DNA of 64,000 nt from Octopus sinensis. Its lineage: Eukaryota. The stretch covers positions 64,616,464-64,680,463 of the forward strand of contig NC_043011.1 of the NCBI RefSeq assembly GCF_006345805.1. Direction: 5' to 3'. The translations under genes and the position numbers were made by a program. The notes beneath the pieces are model-generated. The model did not search any database and was not told the origin of the DNA. It saw nothing but the letters and a program-made list of their open reading frames with translations. Positions 58,953 through 64,000 of the stretch are shown piece by piece. Every line of letters begins with the position of its first letter. The stretch's first letter is position 1.

Positions 58953-59340
58953 TGGAATGACGCCCCAGCTTATGCTTATGTATTTCGCGTAAGAATATTC
59001 ACAAATAAAAACTGATTTCAAATTCTGTATAGTTTGTTGCTTGTACATCGTAACAATTACTTAAATTGCAGTTGAAATGTGGAGGAATCTGAGAAACACA
59101 TGTACTAAATTATCCTTCAATAACTGTACACAAAAATTATAATTTCAGAGTAATATTGATGTAACGGCATACTATCAGAATGATATTTATATAACCGGCA
59201 CGGACATTTAGTCCGAAACACAGGCTAAATTAACAATTAAGTAATATTCTGACGTACGTCTAAGAATTAAAACTATATTTATAAGGATTCACCATGATGC
59301 ATCGCTAGCCATTACATATTCTATATTTTCTCTCCTTGTT

Positions 59341-59465
59341 TCTTTCTGCGGAAGAGCGTAGGCTCGAAAAGTTAAAGACTTCTTCACTTCCCGAGCGCTA
59401 AACTAATAAAACTATTTGTTGTCTACACCATCTGTCGTTGTCTGTTGTCTTTTGTAATCCTCCCC
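59341..59465 (+). mobile_element. Penelope-like terminal repeat with variant hammerhead (family P2)
   Basis: tcttt-CTGCGGA-A-gagc/gtag/gctc-GAAA-a-GTT-aaaga. Stems I and II are perfect; the core deviates from CTGANGA. Related copies on the minus strand at about 545-637 and 37775-37890. Confidence 0.6.
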
Positions 59466-59470
59466 TATAC

Positions 59471-59522
<52 letters not shown>

Positions 59523-59769
59523 TTGTTGCATTAACCCACCAAAAGTTCTATAATTACACTGTTGTAATTGTATAATATATATATGCAATATATATTCATG
59601 TTGAAATATATACACTTAAATCTGTACACTCATTCATGGAAATATATCTATGAGGTATTATTTGTTTTATTTTAAGTAGTTTTTCGGATGTTGAAGTGAG
59701 ATAAACATTAACTAAAAATATTTCAATGCTCATAAACTTCAATTAGCGCTTTCATACGTTCATAGAAAT

Positions 59770-60420
59770 CAGCAGATTCTAGATGCATTTCATTGACAGC
59801 TGACCTCCTGACAACTGTAGTGAAATGACTGACTTCTTCCAGTGGCTGTCACAACTGCCCAAACAATAATGGACTCTGGAATTTGATGTAGTTGTTCGAG
59901 TTTAACTTTAAAAGAACAACATACATTCGAAAATCGGTCCTTCTGTTGGTTCACTGTGTTCTATGGCAAATTCCTTTCCATCAGTAAACACTATGCTGCA
60001 CTGCGTGCCTTCAGCGATCTCATCCAGGATAAGGGGACTTTTCACAAGTTCCATGGATTCATAAACTTGCGTTGGCTGTTATCGGCGGATCATCATGTTG
60101 GGAGGAGGTATGAGATACTCGACTGCAGCAATCAATGTATCAACGGTCGTTTTATTTGTATGTCGTCAATGAAATTTCTGAAGGGATTACGATGATTTCG
60201 CCGTATAGTTACTCTTGTACGTTTGATAAATTGAGCGTTTTGGGCTCAAATATTAAGCCCTGTCCTGGTCGATCAGTGGTGAGAACCAATCTCTTGGAAT
60301 TTCTTGACAATGTTCCAGACTCTTGTTAGATAAATGGTAACTTTCTTTGCTATAGCTGTATTGCGTTCACCTTCTTTGTGAAGGGTTATAATTGTACCTC
60401 GAGCTAATGGCATGATCCAA
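59770..60420 (-). mobile_element. Tc1/mariner (maT/DD37D-like) transposase remnant
   Basis: Minus strand reads RGTIITLHKEG..IAKK..VWNIVKKFQEIG.T.DRPG, IVFTDGK.F and PESIIVWAVV. Confidence 0.7.
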
Positions 60421-60895
60421 CTGAGAAATCTGAGCTTCTTTCGTCTGCCTGAAAAAAATCACAATCAGTTGTTATAATGATGTATAGTTATCTTATCACA
60501 TATATTAATACGAGTCACGCTTTACACTTATTTGTAAATTAATGTATATGCATGTGTGGAGCTATTCACATCTGCCATTTGCATGATAGCTACAAAGGAG
60601 ATGTTTAAATAAATATTTATCTTTCTTGAAGTTCTAACACAAATCAACGTTGGTCAAATCTGTGATTAATCCGGTCAAATGTAATAGACCCTATATATCT
60701 GTGTTGTTCTATTACAGTGCCTGTGTTATATTATCATTATCTCATACATGTAAATTTATTATAACATCCACACAAAGTTATTTTTGCGGAAATTGTGCCA
60801 CTAGAATAGTATCCTAAATGTTGATATTAAAATACAGAAATGTTACTGAATAAACATTTTCTCAATTCATTTGAAATGCATTTACTTCAACACAG

Positions 60896-61000
60896 ATGTT
60901 GTTACTACATAAATCCCAGTGTTTGTGTGTGTACAGGGCAGGAAAATTGGCTACCAGGATGTTTACTTTGTAAATCTTCTGAATTTGAATTCATTGTGAA
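60896..61000 (+). pseudogene. Possible decayed exon B of a fourth paralog
   Basis: cacAG|ATGTTG start as in exon 56663, and GGC AGG AAA at the same codon offset as GGA AAG AAA. Contains an in-frame TAA and the Cys codons are altered. Confidence 0.28.
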
Positions 61001-61335
61001 ATATAAAATCACCAGGAAATAAAACCAATAATGGGCTTGTTTAATCAATTGTTTTTTTTTAAATAAAAAAAGAACGCCTTACACAAATATATGTGAACTT
61101 GAGAATCGCAGAATTTATTTACATCAAAATATGGAATCATGGTAGCGGGATATGTCCTATGCCGATAGCGTTTTTTGTTGGGAAGATATATATCGAAAGC
61201 TGCTTGAATGTATACAAAAATCATTCTGTATACCATAGCACCTATAATAATATTAGGGAGAAGCTTGGGAGCAGAAGGACAGAAAAGTGGCTTCCACAGA
61301 AAAGAGATCAATCGACGCCAATCAACTATATATAC

Positions 61336-61395
<60 letters not shown>

Positions 61396-61401
<6 letters not shown>

Positions 61402-61527
61402 TATATAGAAGGAGCTTCTACAGGACTAGTACTGTTTCATTCAAGAGAAATCTTCAGGAAGCTTCCTGAAGATTTCTCTTGAATGAAACAGTACTAGTCC
61501 TGTAGAAGCTCCTTCTATATAATAAAT
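61396..61527. repeat. Perfect 132-bp spacer-less palindrome
   Basis: Centre AAG|CTT at 61461/61462. Arms complementary over 66 bp; abuts (TA)n. Confidence 0.95.
61460..61510 (+). ncRNA. Complete type I hammerhead motif (family P4), mirrored on the minus strand at 61413-61463
   Basis: Stem I agcttc/gaagct (6 bp), core CTGAAGA, stem II ttc/tctt/gaa with a U-U closing pair, GAA, stem III acag/ctgt with a loop containing palindromic ACTAGT, and cleavage triplet GTA. Confidence 0.7.
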
Positions 61528-61593
61528 TAATTTTACTCTGCTATGTATTGAGTACCTTACTTACTGTGGTTAACCCCGGATCAACCCGGGACC

Positions 61594-61657
<64 letters not shown>

Positions 61658-62110
61658 TGAAAACAGATTAGAGATCTATACAAATCAAACTTACAAAGAT
61701 CTGATTTATGAGAGAATTTACTAAAAAGAACAATTTATGAAGGAATTTACTAACACTGTTTTCAAAAATTATATAAAAGAAATAATACAGTTTCAAAGGT
61801 ATCTGATCTCATCTAACATCTTTAAAAATTCATTAAAAAAAAACATCAACTAAAAGCAGTATATCATCTAACTGTGTCTGAAGATATTTTGTTGACCCAT
61901 AGACTAAAGGTAAAGTAACATTACTTTAAAATTCTATAAATTATTACTGATATTTGGTAAGATGAGATACATTGAGACCGCTGATATTTACTTTGTATTG
62001 TTTGATATGGAAAAGATAAACAAAATCATCATATTAACATCGCGAAACACAACAATATCTGTTTTAACACGCGTCTTCATATCAAGAAACTTGGAACACA
62101 AATTCCTAAA

Positions 62111-62207
<97 letters not shown>

Positions 62208-62986
62208 ACCTGTGTGTGTGCACGTTTGCCTCTGTATGTCTATGTATGTATGTATGTATGTATATATATATATATATATCAACACTCATACATTTAGACG
62301 TGACAACTAATAAAGAATTCAACAACAGTAAGACAACAGTATGCCATATCTCTAGGGATGTGAATTAGAATACGAACTTAAAATATGAAATGCTTCTTAT
62401 GATTTTGAGAGGCAACGTACATTCCGAGGCTCAGCGTTAAACGAATTCTCTTCATTAGACATATTTCATGTTCTCTCCTCCTTGCACTGCTACTGAAGTA
62501 GTACGCGATCTACTGCCTATAAAGATGGAATGATTACAACGTGGCAAGGGAGTAGCATCATGAACGAGCCTTCCACACTCTTACTGGCATTTCATTCGTC
62601 TTTCAATTTTGTGCACTTTTGCCACCGAAATCGATTTCGCTCTTCATTTGAAGGTCCACAAGATACGTACCAATTGGACACTGACGTTGATATCATAGAA
62701 GATATCCGCTGGACTGGTGCTAAAATTTGAATGCAATATATGGAGTAAATTTCTGTGAATAGTACATGTTTTTCTCATTATCAGTCTCACAGCGAATGAC
62801 ACGCGAGGAATACAAACATCATCTTCTCTTCAAAGCACATTTTGAACACATCAAGTATCATTGAACGATCTCCTCCCGAGAGTATTAAGTATGTTGTCTA
62901 AAGTTTATAAAATATGTGTGTGCAGGTATGTGTGTGTGTGTATGTGTGCGTATAACTTCAGTCAGATTCAGCAACATCCACTCCCT

Positions 62987-63023
<37 letters not shown>

Positions 63024-63370
63024 GTATATATGTATATAGACTAGAAAAGTTACAATATTTGTCTTTATATATAACTCCTTTTATATAGCAAATGGCTCTG
63101 ACGAGGCTATCATCTATTCTCTTTGGTTTTCAATTTCATCTATAGATCAATTGATTAAATCCATCTAGAACGACTACAGGAAAAATCAGTAAGTCAAATT
63201 TATATGCGATGATCATGGTTTCAACTTACTTGTTAGATATCTCTGTGTAAAATCAGTATTTCTGAAGCCTGTACACCGATTTACAGATATAGAAATATGA
63301 TGACCAACAATTTTGGAGCCTAGTAGTCAAAGTAAAATTGTAGACTGGTAGGGATCAAGTACATATATGC

Positions 63371-63417
<47 letters not shown>

Positions 63418-64000
63418 TATATATATATATTTATATATGTATAAGTAAAATAATTAAGATTCGTAGGAAATAGGTTTTTAAGTTGAGGCACCAAAAATTA
63501 ATGAGGTATTATCCGTACAATTTCAAAATAAGATCAATAAAGTCGAAATAGGTCACATGATATCCAGAGGTGATTCAGTACGACTGTTTCAAGCGGCTCC
63601 ATTTAATTGAACAATGCAATCTTTGCAGCAATTTCAATGCAGAGCTATCGTCAGCTGCATAAATAAATACAATTAATTTAAACAGTCGGACACATTTGTA
63701 TAATATTACTTAAAGTCTATAACTAGGAAAGTAGACAGATATATATATATATACATATGTAAGGTGGGAAACGTATTACCGCACAACCTCCACTGAATCT
63801 AAAAGTATTTCTTATCTTTTGTATTTATTACCTTTTCACACAGGTAGCTCTCAATTTTCGTACATTTGAAAATACGTCATCACCCTCGAAAATTAAAAGA
63901 AATTTAGTCAATTCGTTATGCTTTGTCACTCTTGGTCAAATTATAATTATTAGTATTCAAAGTAGGCTGGTAATTAAAATTTAGTTAATATTTGCCTCAT

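Overview
AT-rich, microsatellite-dense metazoan DNA. The repeat content ((TA)n, (AAT)n, (GAA)n, tRNA/CORE-type SINEs, R4/Dong, RTE, CR1 and Penelope-like elements) suggests an octopod cephalopod; this is inference. Almost every ORF in the supplied track is a microsatellite translation or a decayed transposon fragment. Hidden between the repeats, and not annotated as genes by the ORF track, is a tandem + strand cluster of paralogous genes with tiny exons (intron phases 1-2-1). They encode a signal peptide and a 6-cysteine domain (C-x7-C-x16/18-C-x8-C-x7-C-x12-C), with a GPI-like tail in paralogs 2 and 3. Paralog 1 spans 15676-29631 with its last exon unresolved. Paralog 2 spans 42573-50206 and is a pseudogene. 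Paralog 3 spans 55701-58952 and is a complete 110-aa model. Second, a head-to-head element made of a tRNA-like Pol III head, an (AAT)n spacer and a Penelope-type hammerhead ribozyme tail occurs twice (54432-55160 intact; 16810-22850 split by a 5.6-kb LINE stack). Three further hammerhead-bearing terminal families are present. Third, about 18 R4/Dong-like LINE fragments are present, most stacked strand-specifically inside (AAT)n tracts. Fourth, there are recent rearrangements: a 5.5-kb intronic inversion with a perfect 119-bp inverted duplication splitting a mariner, a tandem duplication, and several fold-back palindromes abutting (TA)n. Exon and hairpin coordinates were hand-counted to the base; transposon boundaries are approximate. 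No database search was possible.
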